Positions 1-13,550 are shown, counted from the stretch's first letter. The stretch is DNA of 64,000 nt from Eledone cirrhosa (GCA_964016885.1 OZ024741.1:196354001-196418000), one strand, 5' to 3'. The notes: generated by a model from the sequence alone, not told the origin. Program-made: numbers and translations.

Positions 1-338
1 ACCACCACCCCCACCCCATCCACACCACCCCGTCCTATGTAAAGTTATGTTGGTGCCGCGCCATCCAGGCCGAAACAAATGAGATCGTGTAGGTGTCACG
101 ACAAAAAAACACACAGTCCACGCTGTAATGTGGCCGTGTAGGCAACACGGTAAAAACCTCCCAGACCCACACTGTAAATGTGGTTGGTGTTAGGAAGGGC
201 ATCCAACTGTAGAAAACCTGCCAGACAGTCCTATGCGAGCAAGACAATCACTCTTGCCTCAAGTGGGAAAACCCCCGTCCAAACCCATGCAAGCGTGGAA
301 CACGGACGTTAAACGTTGATGATGATGATGATGATGAT
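1..338 (+). mobile_element. 3' UTR and (GAT)n tail of a young RTE LINE
   Basis: Near-identical to the reverse complement of 6181-6510 and to 38406-38674; ends ggacgttaaacgtt(gat)n. Confidence 0.85.
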
Positions 339-824
339 ATGGGATGGGGGTAAAAGCTTTTTATCTTCAACTTAGTATGTTCTTCAAAATACATAACACT
401 CTTAGTTAAATAATATGCAATACAGCTCTTTCTCTTTCATATTTTCTTATTCGTTCCATTCATTTATAAATGAGCTTTGGGCATATTTTTAGCAGCTCCT
501 ATATGATCAGTGTCTGTGACTCCTCTCTCATTTTCAATTCCACTCACCCCCACTCATCACCATAGCTTGCTAGACCAATCAAAACACAGCAATGCAAATA
601 TGTCTTAACTCTTAATTCATAGTCTATTTGCAATAAATACTACTACTAATATTGTTATGAATTTGGTTGTTTGTATAACAGATGGACTACAATGTTGGAG
701 TAATTCTTAATATGAATATGAACCCATCATTCATTTCCAGGCGAACATGCAAACGCTCTTCTTTATCTCAGACACTCCCACTCCTCTCACTAAGTATTCA
801 TTTTCCTATCCCTCTTATGGTGAA

Positions 825-3300
825 CTCCAAAACTTCAGAGCTGCCACCATCAATGTAAGCATGATGAAAAGAAGATCAGGAGAGATTGTAGATATACTGG
901 AGCAAAAGAAAGTTGATGTGTTGTGTACAAGAGACTAGATGGAGAGGAATATCAACTAGACTCCTTGTGGGCAAAAAAAAAAAAAAATGATACTACAAAT
1001 GTTTCTGGCTAAGTAAAGACAATGGGCCAGGTGGAGTAGATATGTTAGAAGAATGGGTAAATAAGGTAATTGCAATAAATAGAGCGAATGCCAGAATCAT
1101 TAACTTAGACTACTCCTAAATAGAACAGCTGTGACATATCTGCATATGGACATTAATCTGAACTGTCAGGCGAACTAAATAACAGGTTTTACCAATCCCT
1201 AATGCACACTACTTCCCTAACAAGTGACGGTGACTTCATCACCATTGCAGGGGGTCTAATATGCATGTTGGGCTATGATGGCTTCTGTGGAGTCCACAAA
1301 GGTTTTGAGTTTGGTGCAAGAAATGAGGAAGGTTCAAGGCTCATAGAATTTTGCAACAATAATGATCTATCATTCTATAACACAAACTTTAAAGAAGCAA
1401 ACAACACTTGATCACCTATAGATCAGGGCAGCACACCAGTCAAATAGATTTTATCCTCACAAGGTGAGAAAGAGTCATGATTGCAAACACAAAGTCCCTC
1501 TCTGGTGAGGAATACAGCTCCCAACATAACCTAGTAATTAGTGACTTTATAGTTAGGGCTAGATGAACTTGGAGACAAAAGGCAACCTATAGGAGAAGGA
1601 AATTGAAGTCCTACAGTAAGGAAGAACAAAGTGAGACATACAATATAGAGGAATATTAGGTATTCCTGAGAGATAATCTGCTGAAGGCAACAAACAAGAT
1701 CTGTGGCTGAAGCAGAACTCTTGGTGGTGGAACAGTAGGGTGGATGAGACAATTAAGGTCAAGAGACAGGCATGGAAACAATGGCAGAATGGGGGAAGCA
1801 GAGAACACTACTACCAACCTAGGAGAGAAGCTAGTCAACAAATATACTTTGCAAAGAGAGAAGCAGAAAATAAAAAAAATTGCAACCTGAGGACTAAAGA
1901 TGTGAGGAAGTCAGGATTATAAAGCAGTGTCATCATCATCATCGTTTAACGTCTATCTTCCACGCTAGCATGGGTTTAGACGGGAATTGTCTCACTTGAG
2001 GCAAGATTGGTTGTCTCGCTCGCATAGGACTGTCTGGCAAGTTTTCTACGGCTGGATGCCCTTCCTAACACCAACCACGTTTTCAGTGTGGACGGGGAGG
2101 TTTTTATCGTGTTATCTACAAGGCCACATTACAGCGTGGACTGTGTGTGTTTTTTTGTCGTGTCACCTACACAACCTCATTTGTTTCGGACTGGATGTTG
2201 TGGTACCAACATAACTTCACATTTAAGGGGCGGGTGTGGATGGGGTGGGGGTAGTGGGATGGGGGTGTATTTTGTAAGAGGTGCCTACTGACTGTAGGTT
2301 TCGCTTTGTACTTAGGCAAGGCGGGTCTTCTGTATTACTGTGTAGTGCCAAAGATCTCAGTCCAGTGACATTGTCTTGGAGCGGTGTAAGTGTGTAAGGT
2401 CGGAATTTATCAAGTCGTCCCTGATTTTTCTGCGTCAACCTACTCCATAGCTACCGTCTATTTTGATCACCCTGCACTTTTTTATACAGCTGTTGTCTTT
2501 GATGCGCATCACGTGATCATACCAACGTAGTCCCCTCTCAAGCAAACAGCATCTGATTCCTCTTATTCCTAATTTCTCCCTTAGTTCGTTTATGCTTTGC
2601 CGTTTATGTATATTACTATTACACATCCAACAGTGCGTCAAATAAAATTGTGATGTTAGGGAGAAGTGTGCCCGAGGTGATAAAAGAAAGTAGCATGGAA
2701 GTGCTGTTATGAAAGACTACTAAATGAGGAGAGTGCATGGGAGAAAGATAGTCTGCCCCATGAAGGACCAGCCGCACATGTCAGCAACAACGTAATAAGT
2801 AAGGCAATTAAGGATATGACGACAGGCAAAGCAACTGGACCATCAGAAATAGTTGCTGAGATGCTGAAAGCACCTGGAATGATGGGTCACACCATAACCA
2901 CCCGTATCATAAAACCAAGTAATTCAGAATGGTGTTAAACCCAATGACTGGCATAGCAGCAGCATTGTTATCTGCTAGAAGGGCAAAGGAGATGCACTAG
3001 ACAGAGAAACTATAAAAGCATAAAGTTGATGGGCGAGGTCATTAAGGGTACAGAAAGTTACCGCACAGCTGATTAGGGACTGAGTTTGGATTTGTGTCCA
3101 CGTAAAAGTACCACTAATCTACTTTTCCGTGTGAGGCACCAGCAGAAGTACCTAGCTAAAAGTAAGGCTCTCTACTTGACATTTGTTGACCTGGAGAAAG
3201 CATTTGACAGAGTCCCTCGTTACATTATCTGGTGGGCTTGTTACATTATCTTGCTTATGAGGGCAGTACAAGCCATATACAGAGCAGCAGTTATCGCGTG
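825..3300 (+). mobile_element. Degenerate RTE LINE (AP endonuclease to RT), split by a younger RTE at ~1930-2630
   Basis: ATINVSMMKRRSGEIVDILEQKKVDVLC, GFEFGARNEEGSRLIEFC and LYLTFVDLEKAFDRVPR fragments with many stops and frameshifts. Confidence 0.85.
1930..2630 (-). mobile_element. 5'-truncated RTE LINE inserted in an older RTE
   Basis: (CAT)n tail at 1930-1943; WMCNSNI...RWYDHVMRIKDNSCIKKC C-terminal ORF; host resumes at a duplicated cagtg (1925, 2631). Confidence 0.85.
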
Positions 3301-3375
3301 GGTGAAAAACATGTGAAGGCAGGATTCCAATAGCCTCTTATATTGGTTTATTTTATTTTATTTTATATATATAAT

Positions 3376-3765
3376 GGAGGCACATGGCTTAGTGGTTAGA
3401 GCATTGGCCTCGCAATCGAAAGGTTGTGAGTTCAATTCTCAGACTGGGTGATGTGTTGTTTCCTTGAGCAAGACACTTTATTTCATATTGCTCCAGTTTA
3501 CTCAGCTGTAGAAATGAGATGATAGGACTGGGGTCCCTATCATTCCACTGCATGTAAACTGGTCGTGGAGGTGCCATGGCAAAAAAGCACCCAGCCCACA
3601 CTGTCAAGTGGATAGTGTAGGTGCCACGGAAAAAAAACATCCAGCACTCACTGTAAATGAGGTTGGTGTTAGGAAGGACATCCAGCTGTAGAAATCAAGC
3701 CAGAATCAGTTCCCGTCCTACCCTTGCAAGCAGGGAAAAGGGGACATAAAATGAAGATGATGAAG
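3376..3765 (+). mobile_element. tRNA-derived SINE with RTE-type 3' tail
   Basis: A box tggcttagtgg, B box gttcaattc, ccttgagcaagacact core, aggaagggcatccagctg-like block, (gat)n-like tail; second copy at 51730-52062. Confidence 0.8.
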
Positions 3766-4245
3766 CCAAGAAAAATGAGACAAAAAAAAAAAAAAAAAAA
3801 AAAAAAAATGAATATTAAAATGGGAGCAGGGCAGATATTTGAGGTCAATATTTTACTGATATTTAGCAGATATTTGAGGTCAACATCATAAAAATGGGCC
3901 AACATCTGGTGCAATACATAGGGATACTTCTGGTAATTTCTGTGATTGATGATAAAAGTTTTAAAAATATTGATATTTTCATACTCATAATGCACACACT
4001 CGGGAAATAAATCTGCACTTTTATGGAAATATGCAATTTTATGGAAATTGCAAAGAAATGAAATTAAAGTGATGGCAATACACTGCAGTTATGCGCATGC
4101 AGGCACGCACTTGCATGCACACACACAGTGTCCATTTAAACATAAATACTGAAACATTGACACATGATATAATTACACATAGACAGTAACATACACACAC
4201 AACTGGGTAATTGCTCGCCTTGTGCCTAAAGTAGAAACAATTATT

Positions 4246-4735
4246 TCTACATCCAGTTTTCCATGCTTACATGGATTGGACAGGTCCTTTTCAGCACAGA
4301 ATCTCTCCATTTGTCACATTCCTTTGTCCTCTCCTTTGTGAGTCTCAGTGACTTGAGATCAGCTCTCACTACCTCTGCCCCGGTCTTCCTTGGTTTACCT
4401 CTATTACAGCTTTCTACCACTAGGATTTCTTGGCACTTCTTCACCTAATGATCATCATCCATGTACATCACATGTCCATACCAAAGCAGTCTTCTCTCTT
4501 GCACACCACCTTGCATTCCTCTTAATCCCAGTTTCCCACTCAATTCATCCAAGCTCTGCCTTTCTCTCACATTTATATTACACATCCTACAAAACATGGT
4601 TGCTTCATTTCTCTCCTGTCTACATATGTCCTCTGCAGTCACAGCCCATGTTTCATTACCATACAGCACCGCACTTCGCACACAGGTGACATACAGCCAT
4701 CCTTTTGTACGAAGGGAGAAATGTTAACTTGTTAC
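4246..4735 (-). mobile_element. RTE LINE C-terminal fragment
   Basis: RSAVLYGNETWA...QERRLLWYGHV and RGKPRKT motifs. Confidence 0.8.
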
Positions 4736-5282
4736 ATTTGGAAAATAGTGCTATTGTTCTCTGCAATTAGGCAGGAAACAAAAATTAAAGAAACTCGTAA
4801 CTTTATAAAACGAATGAAATAGTAAAAACTCATTAGGTCATGGAGTTGTGAAACAAAAACTATATGCTAAACCCCATCTAAAAACATTTTAAATATCAAA
4901 ACATTAAAACTTCATAAAAATATTCTCCACTTGTGGGAATTTACAAAACCAAGCCATCTAAACAGGTTTATTAGCTGCCTCAGCTTATACATGGGATCTG
5001 GGTGTTTGCTCATCTCTCAGACACAAATACAAATAAGGGAGGGTTGGTTTATATTTGAATTGGTTTATACATGAGCATATACAGTAATTTATGAGAGTGA
5101 AATTGATACTTTTGTTAGCATCTACTTGAAGTCCCATCAATGTCCTGATATAAGATACACCAGCATATAGAATATTGCAAAATAAAAAAAAAAGGTGTAA
5201 CAAAAGAAAAGAAAGTCAAAGTAAAATTTTCAAAATTACCAAATAGTATCAATTTGTAAAGAATTTATAAAGAAACTATATT

Positions 5283-5545
5283 GATTTCTAATTTAGGTGC
5301 AAGGCTAGTAAATTTGGAGGTAGGACAAAGTTGATTAAATCAACTCCAATACTTGACTGGTACAAAGTTGATTTATTCTAAAGGAGAGAGAATGAGAACA
5401 TGGAAGTGAAAAAGAGATACAGAGGAAGGGTCAACATCAGTACAGGACTGGCACTTTTTTTTATCGACCTCAAAAGGATGAAAGGCAAAATTGAGCTTAG
5501 CGGGATTTTAACTCAGAGCGCAGAAAGCCAGAACAAATACCACAA
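5283..5545 (-). mobile_element. Degenerate Meta-domain SINE
   Basis: ttatcgacctcaaaaggatgaaaggcaaa is the reverse of the Meta-like core shared with 25394-25612. Confidence 0.65.
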
Positions 5546-6035
5546 AGCAATAACTGCCTGAAAATGTAAAATATATCTTCACATGCAGCATGATGTTCTT
5601 GTAAAACAATCCAGAAGCAAGATAATATGTATATTTACACATTTCAACAGAAAAAAAACAATGATTGGAAAGTTCCATGAAAGCTCTACTAAATGCAAAC
5701 AATAGCTCTTCCATAGTCTCATTTAATGTCTATTTTCCCTGTTACAAGGGTAAGGGCAGGTTTCACAGACTGTATCAGTACTCAAGCAGAACTATATTAG
5801 TATCTGACTATATTGTAATTGCTGTCTAAATCCTATGGCAAGTTTTTAATTCTTATTTGCAATCTAGTAACTTCATAAAATAGATTTAAATTACTAAAAA
5901 GGACCCCCCCCCCCCTCCAAAAAAAAATGTACTTGTGTGCATATTTGTGCCTAATGAACCATATGTGAACCCAAGTGAACCATATTTGCATTGAGTAAAC
6001 TAAAAATTAAAAAAAAAAAAAACCTTTTGATACCA

Positions 6036-7324
6036 GGTAAAAGCCCCCTTCGGTCACAAATGACCATGGGATTTGCACCTAGAAAGTTCCCCTACGAGGC
6101 ACAAGTTTGAGTAAGGTTGTTTGTGGAAGACCAGCAGTCGCCCATACATAACAATCTCCCCTCTCCACACCACCGATGTTCATCATCATCATCAACGTTT
6201 AACGTCCGTGTTCCACGCTTGCATGGGTTTGGACGGGGGTTTTCCCCACTTGAGGCAAGAGTGATTGTCTTGCTCGCATAGGACTGTCTGGCAGGTTTTC
6301 TACAGTTGGATGCCCTTCCTAACACCAACCACATTTACAGTGTGGGTCTGGGAGGTTTTTACCGTGTTGCCTACACGGCCACATTACAGCGTGGACTGTG
6401 TGTTTTTTTGTCGTGACACCTACACGATCTCATTTGTTTCGGCCTGGATGGTGTGGCACCAACATAACTTTACATAGAAGGGGGCGGTGTGGATGGGGTG
6501 GGGGTGGGACGGGGGTGTATTTTGTTAGAGATGCCTACTGACTGTAGTAGGTTTTACTTTGTATTTAGGTAAGGCGGGTCTTCTCTATTACTGAGTACCG
6601 CCAAAGGTCTCGGTCCAGTGACATTGTCTTGGTGAGGTGTAAGTGTGTGAGGTCGGAGTTTATCAGCTCGTCCCAGGTTTTTCTGGGTCTGCCTATTCCG
6701 TGGCTACCGTCTATCTTTATTGCCCTGCACTTTGTTATACAGCTATCGTCCTTCATGCGCATCACGTGACCATACCAACGTAGCCTTCTCTCTAGTAAAC
6801 AACATCTGATCCCTCTTATTTCTAATTTTTTCCTTAGTTCGTTTATGCTTTGTCGTTCACGTATATTACTATTACACATCCAGCGGAGCATGCAAGCTTC
6901 GTTCCTCTCTAGTCTGCGTATATCCTCTGCACACAATGCCCAGGTCTCACTGCCATGCAACATTGCTGTTCGTATGCAGGCATCGTACAGCCTGCCTTTC
7001 ATTTTTAGGGAGAACCCTTTAGCGGCCAATAGTGGTATAAGCTCTCTGAACTTTTTCCACCCAGTTCTGACTCTAGCTACTGTACTTTCAGAGCACCCTC
7101 CCCCACTGCTGATTTTGTCCCCCAGATGTTGTCCAAGGGAAAGGCAAAGGCCGATACAGCTTGGCACCAGTGATGTCACAACTCATTTCTAAAGCTGAGA
7201 GAACTGGAGCAATGTGAAACAAAGTGTCTTGCTCAAAAACACAACACAAAGCCTAGTCTGAGAATCAAACTCACAACCTCTCAATTGTAAGCCCAATGCT
7301 CTAACCACTAAACCATGGGCCTTC
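6036..7324 (-). mobile_element. tRNA-derived SINE (6036-6180 plus 7125-7324) split by an RTE
   Basis: tRNA-like head at ~7260-7324; 14-bp target duplication accttttgatacca at 6022-6035 and 7325-7338. Confidence 0.8.
6181..7124 (-). mobile_element. Young 5'-truncated RTE LINE with open C-terminal ORF
   Basis: Uninterrupted frame GDKISSGGGCSES...RPRKTWDE...IEKTRLT (stop 6565); (CAT)n tail; gatgtt duplication at 6175-6180 and 7125-7130. Confidence 0.9.
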
Positions 7325-7441
7325 ACCTTTTGATACCACTCTGCCCAAAATAGCCCTAGTTTTATGATACACAACTGTTTATTTTTAAATATTCATATCT
7401 ATATCCAAATCTTTCATCATAGTTTTAAGAAAGTTTGTTAA

Positions 7442-7649
7442 CCCTTTAGCATTTACATTACTCTATATTTATTATTATATTTTCATGGTAACGGCTCTAC
7501 CTCACATAATTATCTCACATAAAATTGAATCTATGAGATTTTGATATTTATTTCGAGAACCTTACCTTAATATCAGTATGAGCAGCCAGTTTGAAGAAAA
7601 AGAGGTGAGAGAACTCTGGCCAAATACGGCCAGTTTAAATGCTAAAGGG
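7442..7649. mobile_element. piggyBac-like MITE
   Basis: TTAA|ccctttagcattta ... taaatgctaaaggg|TTAA terminal inverted repeats with TTAA flanks. Confidence 0.75.
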
Positions 7650-7813
7650 TTAACGTTTCAAACAGCTTAATAATGAAAAGGTAAGTTATTTTATTAAATT
7701 GCTCCAAATTTTCAAAATTAATTTATACATATAAAGTGTATTTCATCAAGATTACGGTAACAAAAGGGTTAAAAATTATTCAGTTATAAAAATAAGAAAT
7801 TGTAAAACCTTAC

Positions 7814-7866
7814 TTCCATTTCAATTTCATGTTGTTGTGCCAAAGTTTCTTCATCATAGTTTTTAT
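7814..7866 (-). CDS. OTUB1: Otubain (OTUB1-like deubiquitinase) coding exon 2
   Basis: Polypyrimidine tract + ag acceptor at 7867-7868 and gtaagg donor at 7813; phase-1 join with exon 1 gives DKNYDEETLAQQHEIEME, resembling otubain YDEAIMAQQDRIQQE (recalled, not searched). Confidence 0.75.
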
Positions 7867-8169
7867 CTAGAAAAAAGAAAATCATGTATCTTTTTATATA
7901 AAAGAAATTTATTAGAATTGTGTATACTAATTTTAGATAGAGAAGCCATATTTCTCACTAACTCTTTATTTACTCCATTTCAGCTGTTCTTAATAAAAGT
8001 GTAATTAGCTTACTCGGGGGAACATCTACAATGTGCTAATTATATAGAATCATCAAACATTAGCTTGAAATGCTTTAACTAGCTTTTTAACAATTATAGT
8101 CATCAAATTACACAACTTAATTAGTAATCCTAGTAAATGAAGAAAAAGATTTCTATTTAAGTTATTTAA

Positions 8170-8521
8170 TACAATTGTTCCCAGTATTCGCGGGGGGGGG
8201 GGGGGGGTATGTTCCTAGAGAACCTGTGAAGAGTGAAAAACCGTGAATATTGGACGTGGTTCATAACAATGCCTATAAACGCCAAAATATAACGTAAAAT
8301 ATAATAAAATAAAAAAAGAGGGAGTGTCTTATGCAAAGAAGCGTTCAATAGGCCGGCAAATACAATACATTGTTGTCGATAATTTAGCATCAAAAAAATG
8401 ATATTTACGATTCTGTGAATATGCAGTGGTTTCCATGAACAATTATTAGTTAGATTCACAGGAAAATTCTGCGAATAACCAGGACCGCGAATGCCGGGGG
8501 GGGGGGGGGGGGTACACTGTA
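8170..8521. mobile_element. Tc1/pogo-like MITE
   Basis: TA-flanked imperfect TIRs tacaattgttcccagtattcgcgg / ccgcgaatgccggg...tacactgta with internal cgcgaa-type repeats. Confidence 0.6.
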
Positions 8522-9030
8522 TTATCTAGTAGTTCTTCTGAAAACGTTACTGGACAACTTTAAATTTTGATCCTATACCAAGAAAAATCAGGGAATACAA
8601 ATGTGTCCTAATATACAGAACAATATTGATCAAATACAGAATCATTATGAATGTTTTAACATCTAATTTCCCACATTAGTAGGAGTAGGATGGGTCTGTT
8701 ATGAAGCAAATCACCATTTATCTTAATTCTGTGTTATCTCATTTATGAGGGTCGTCATCCTAGGATCTGAACTTGCTACTTCTTTCTATGACTTCTACTG
8801 TTATTAGCCAACAGTTCACTCAATCCACTTGTGCTTACTTGCAAGCTACTGTTACATGTTAACAGTTCATAATTTATTTTTCTTCAGCCTTCATTGAAAT
8901 TCCACTGCACCTTTTGTACATCCATTGATTACACTGAGAACACAGTATAACATTACTACTTATTTTCTTCCTTCAAGTTAAGCAAGTTCACTTCTAAGCT
9001 AACAATGGAGTATTGTACTACTCTCTTTAA

Positions 9031-9239
9031 CCCTTTTGTGACCTGTATTTCTAATTAAGTGCACTGTGTTATTTAATTAATGAAACATTTTTAGGGATTT
9101 ACTAAAATTATTATTTCATTATAAAGACAGTAATTAAATATATGATTCTTATATAAAATTTTATTGGAAATTTTTATTTTAAATAGGAATCCTTTAAAAT
9201 GGGTTGCTAAGAGCCAGGGGCAGTTTGGTATCAAAAGGA
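9031..9239. mobile_element. piggyBac-like MITE (family also at ~7325-7772, ~10290/13730-13800, ~14530-14678, ~37350-37590)
   Basis: TTAA|cccttttgtgacc ... ggtatcaaaagga|TTAA; shared internal gatttactaaaattattatttcatt block. Confidence 0.6.
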
Positions 9240-10342
9240 TTAATTAGTACTTTGGATTTTGCAATGGTGGGCTTTAGATCAAACTTCCAAATTTAGGACT
9301 TTTCTGCAACACAAATGGATTCTACAGTGTAGAATTCCTTAAAGCCCTAAATTCAAGTGATTAGCTTCATGAGCTATAATAGAAGGGGACTGAGAACAGA
9401 ACACTGATGAACATCTACCAATATTATAAATTTCTCACTGAACAAAATGTCATATCTCCCCATCTACTTTGCCATCAACTTCCACAGGCTTCTCAATCTT
9501 ACCTCCTCCATTCTCTCACACAACTCAATATCACTCCAATCCTTTATGTGCCTTGATTCACAATCTCTTTCACTTACAATTTACTTTAACCAGTTTTATC
9601 TACCTATTCAATCCTCTATTTTTTCAATAATTTTTCTCTTTACTTTTTAAATATCTATTAACTGCCTTATATTAATTTATTATCTACAATATTCTACCCT
9701 TCCTTTTTCTTACTCTCCCCTCTCATTGTGTATTATTTTTGTCTAGTCTTCTACTTTCTTAGTCTTTCCATTCAAGGACTTAATCTAGCCTGCAAACCAG
9801 CAATTACCAATGTGTGAACCATCTCCAGAAATATGTAGCTTCTACTGTCACAATGAAAGCAATCCATCTAGTAGCCCTAGTCACTCTGAATCACCAGAGA
9901 GTTACAGGTCCATACATATACATACATAAATCTACTCATTCAGGGATGACTTGAGATCTAAAGAACAATGCTATTTAGCATCAAGTTAGAGGGAACTAAA
10001 AATCAGATTTCCATGCTAGCATCTTCCTTTATCTGGCGTTACTGCTTGTCATGGGTATGGTGAAGTGGGAGGAAGGACATGGTTTCCTGGTAGGCGCTCG
10101 TCACCAAACAGACAGAGGCAAAGCACCCCCCACCACCATCTTCAAGATTAATACTTTAGGAATTTGTCCATGGTATATACTAGTATATCTTCTCTTCTAA
10201 TTTGTGATAGTGTTCCAGCAAGCACAGATTTTCCAGAAGTCTACCGGCAGCCAGAAACTTAGGGATCAATGTAGTGGTTAGTAACAATCCATTTGAATAA
10301 AGAATTGAGGGATTTACTAAAATCATTATTTCATTATTGAAT

Positions 10343-13300
10343 CATCATCATCATCACCATCATCATTTTACGTCCGCTCTTCCCTGCTTGCAAGGGTGGG
10401 ACGGGTCTTATTCAGCACAGCATCTCTCCACTTGTCACGGTCCTTCGTCATCTCCACCGTGAGCTTCAGCGATCTGAGGTCTGTTCTCACCACCTCTGCC
10501 CATGTTTTTTCGTGGTCTACCTCTACCACGTCTTCCTTCAACTGGCATTTCCTGGCACTTCTTTACCCATCGGTCATCCTCCATGCGCATCACATGTCCA
10601 TACTACCTCAGTCTCCTCTCCCGTACACTACATTCTATCCGTCTCAGACACAGTTTCTCTCTCAACACATTCATGCTGGGTCGTTCACACACATTCAACG
10701 GAGCATGCTTGCCACATTTCTCTTCAGATGTCGCATATCCTCTGCAGCTGCTGCCCATGTCTCACTACCATGCAACATCGCGCTCCTCACACAGGCATCA
10801 TATAACCGGCCTTTCGTACACAAGGAGAAACCCTTCTTCGTCAGTAGAGGAAGCAGCTCACTAAACTTCTTCCAACCCGTCATTCTAGATACTATGGTCT
10901 CGGAACACTCCCCCTCCCATACTAATCTGATCTCCTAGGTACCGGAAGCTATCCACCACTTCTATAGCACCCACCTGCATTTGAAAAATGTGTCTCTCAA
11001 TGCGACTTCTACTGTCTAATTTCCCTGTACATCTACTGCATACATATTTCTCCCTACCTGTTAGTTTGCCTGCTATCCTGCTACATCTCTTGTGTACCCA
11101 GGATCTGCATTGTGTGCATTTTATAGAATTTATGCCAGTTCCTTTTCTGCATATCGAACATGGCCATTTCCCTAACTGAATCAGTTTTGTCCTCTTTTCT
11201 ACTCATCAACACTTTTGTCTTAGCTAGGTTCACTCTCAGTCCTCTTGCTTCCAACTGCTGTTTCCATAGCCAGAATTTATTCTCTAGCTCTTCTACTGAT
11301 TCTGCTATAAGAACCAGATCGTCAGCATAGAGAAGTTCCCATGGACAGCCAGTCTTAAACTCAACTGTTGTGGCTTGGAGGACTATAATGAACAAGAGCG
11401 GGCTGAGGACCGAACATTGATGTACTCCTACTTGTATCTGGAATTCCTCACTAAACTCCATTCCTACCCTGACTTTACTGACAGTACCTCTGTACAAAGT
11501 TTGCACTGTCCTCACAAGCCATTCCTCAACACCTAGTTTCCTTAGGGACCACCAGATGACAGATCGGGGTACCCTATCAAAGGCCTTCTCTAGGTCAACA
11601 AAGGCTAAATATAGTGGCTTATCTTTCTCTAAGAACCTCTCTTGCAATTGTCTCACCAAGAAGAGGGCATCTGTTGTACTCTTGTCAGGTACAAAACCAA
11701 ACTGCATCTCATCTAGTTTAACCCTTTCTCTAATTAGTTGTGCTAATATCCTTTCTGCCACTTTCATAACCTGATCCATCAGTTTTATACCCCTATAATT
11801 GCTCCTCTCCAGAGCATCCCCTTTACCTTTGTAACAATTTATGAGAATACTGCTGCACCAGTCTTTGGGTATGACACCACCATATATAGCCTGATTGATG
11901 ATGCGTGCAACCAGTTTAGTGCCTACGTCCCCTGATGCCTTCAGCATCTCAGCAACTATTCCCGATGGTCCAGCAGCCTTACCATTTTTCATTTCCTTAA
12001 TCACCTCTTGGACCCTATATTCGTCAATCTCAATAGCTGGTCCCTCTGTCGGATCTACTAAGGGTAATTTCTCTCTCTCCCATTCGTTCTCCACATTCAT
12101 CAGTCTCTCATAATGACATTTCCAGGCCTCCTTTTTCTGATCATTCGTGACACTAAGTACACCGGCATCATTCCAGACACATTTATCTCCAACAACATCC
12201 TGATTTGCATTGACACACTGCCTTGCAATGTGGAACACCACATGCCTCTAGATCTTCCCGTCGCAGAACATTGGCAAACCTCCTACTCTCAGCCTCCCTG
12301 CGTGCTAAGTACACCTGACGTCTAGCTTCTCTCTTAGCGGCTGTATATTCTTCCCTACTCCCCTCCTTTTTCCAAGCCTTCCATGCTAGTCTTTTGTCTT
12401 TAATGGCCTTATCTACTGTGCTGTTCCACCACCAGGTCACTCTCTGTCTGGTTGGAGCTCTGCTCCAGCCACAAGTTTCATCAGTAGCCTGCAGCAAGTT
12501 GTCACGTATACATCTTGAAGGGCTTTCCTAAATTTGTATGTTAGTGAAAGGTCTTTTAGCTTCCAGACCTTTCTTCTCCACACCTTCCTGTATGTCTCAT
12601 TCCATCTCTTGCTTACTGAGATATCACTAACGACTAACCTATGCTGTGGGGTACATTCTTCCCCAGGGTATGCCTTGATATTAGACACTATCTGCCTGTA
12701 CCACTGCCTAACTAGTAAGAAGTCAATCTGGCTTATGTGCTCGCCAGATTTGTAGGTTATTAGGTGATTGGCAGGTTTCTGGAAGTTTGTGTTGCAAATA
12801 GTCAGTGTACTTGCATCACAAAATTCAAGAAGTCTCACTCCTTTATTTCTTGAGCCGTAACCGTACCCACCATGTACCCCAGTGTAACCATCCTGGAGCT
12901 GTCCAACATGACCATTGAAGTCCCCTGCTAGCATAACGAGGTCTCCGTCCTTTGTCATTGCGGTTGTTTGTAAAAGTTGCTCGTAAAAGCAGTCTTTCTC
13001 ATCTTTACCTAGGCCTGCTTGGGGAGCATAGGCAGAGATGATTGTCAGTAGTCTCCTGCCTACAACTAATCTAAGCTTAATTATTCGATTATTAACTCGA
13101 ACTACTTCTATTGTCTTATTGATCCATCTCTCAGCCAGGAAAATACCTACTCCCCCTAACCCATCATCCTTACCTACCCAGAAAAGCTTATAGTTAAGAT
13201 GTTTGCCTGCGACTAGTCACGCAGAGGCACCTCTCCATCTCACCTCTTGCATGCAGCACACATCCACATGCCTTCTCTCCAGCATCTCCGCTATTTCAGT

Positions 13301-13550
13301 AGATCTATCTGTGAGAGTGCCAACATTAAGTGTTGCAACTCTGAGATACGACATCTTCATATTTTGTTGTTGTTCCTATTTGTTGCTGTGCTGATAAGCG
13401 TTTTGGCATTGATACACTGGTTGGATGCCCTTCCTAACACCAGCGCCACTTTACAGCATGGACTGGGTGCTTTTATTTGTGCCACCAGCACTAGAGAGGA
13501 TGTCTTACTAGACTCAAGGGCCCTCTCTACCCCTCCATTTTACAGCATGG
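10343..13550 (-). mobile_element. Near full-length RTE LINE (APE + RT) with a few frameshifts and stops
   Basis: ATG ~13360 MKMSYLRVATLNVGTL; AGDFNGHVG; QIDFLLV; PQHRLVV; RT FVDLEKAFDRV...LLYADDLVL; ORF runs into the (CAT)n tail at 10343-10366. Confidence 0.95.

Noticed and set aside
3376-3450. tRNA gene
   Set aside because: The tRNA-like A/B boxes continue into a SINE body and tail; no complete cloverleaf
4985-5714. Short minus-strand ORFs as OTUB1 exon 3
   Set aside because: No convincing otubain motif (PLV, RPDGNC) or compatible splice sites
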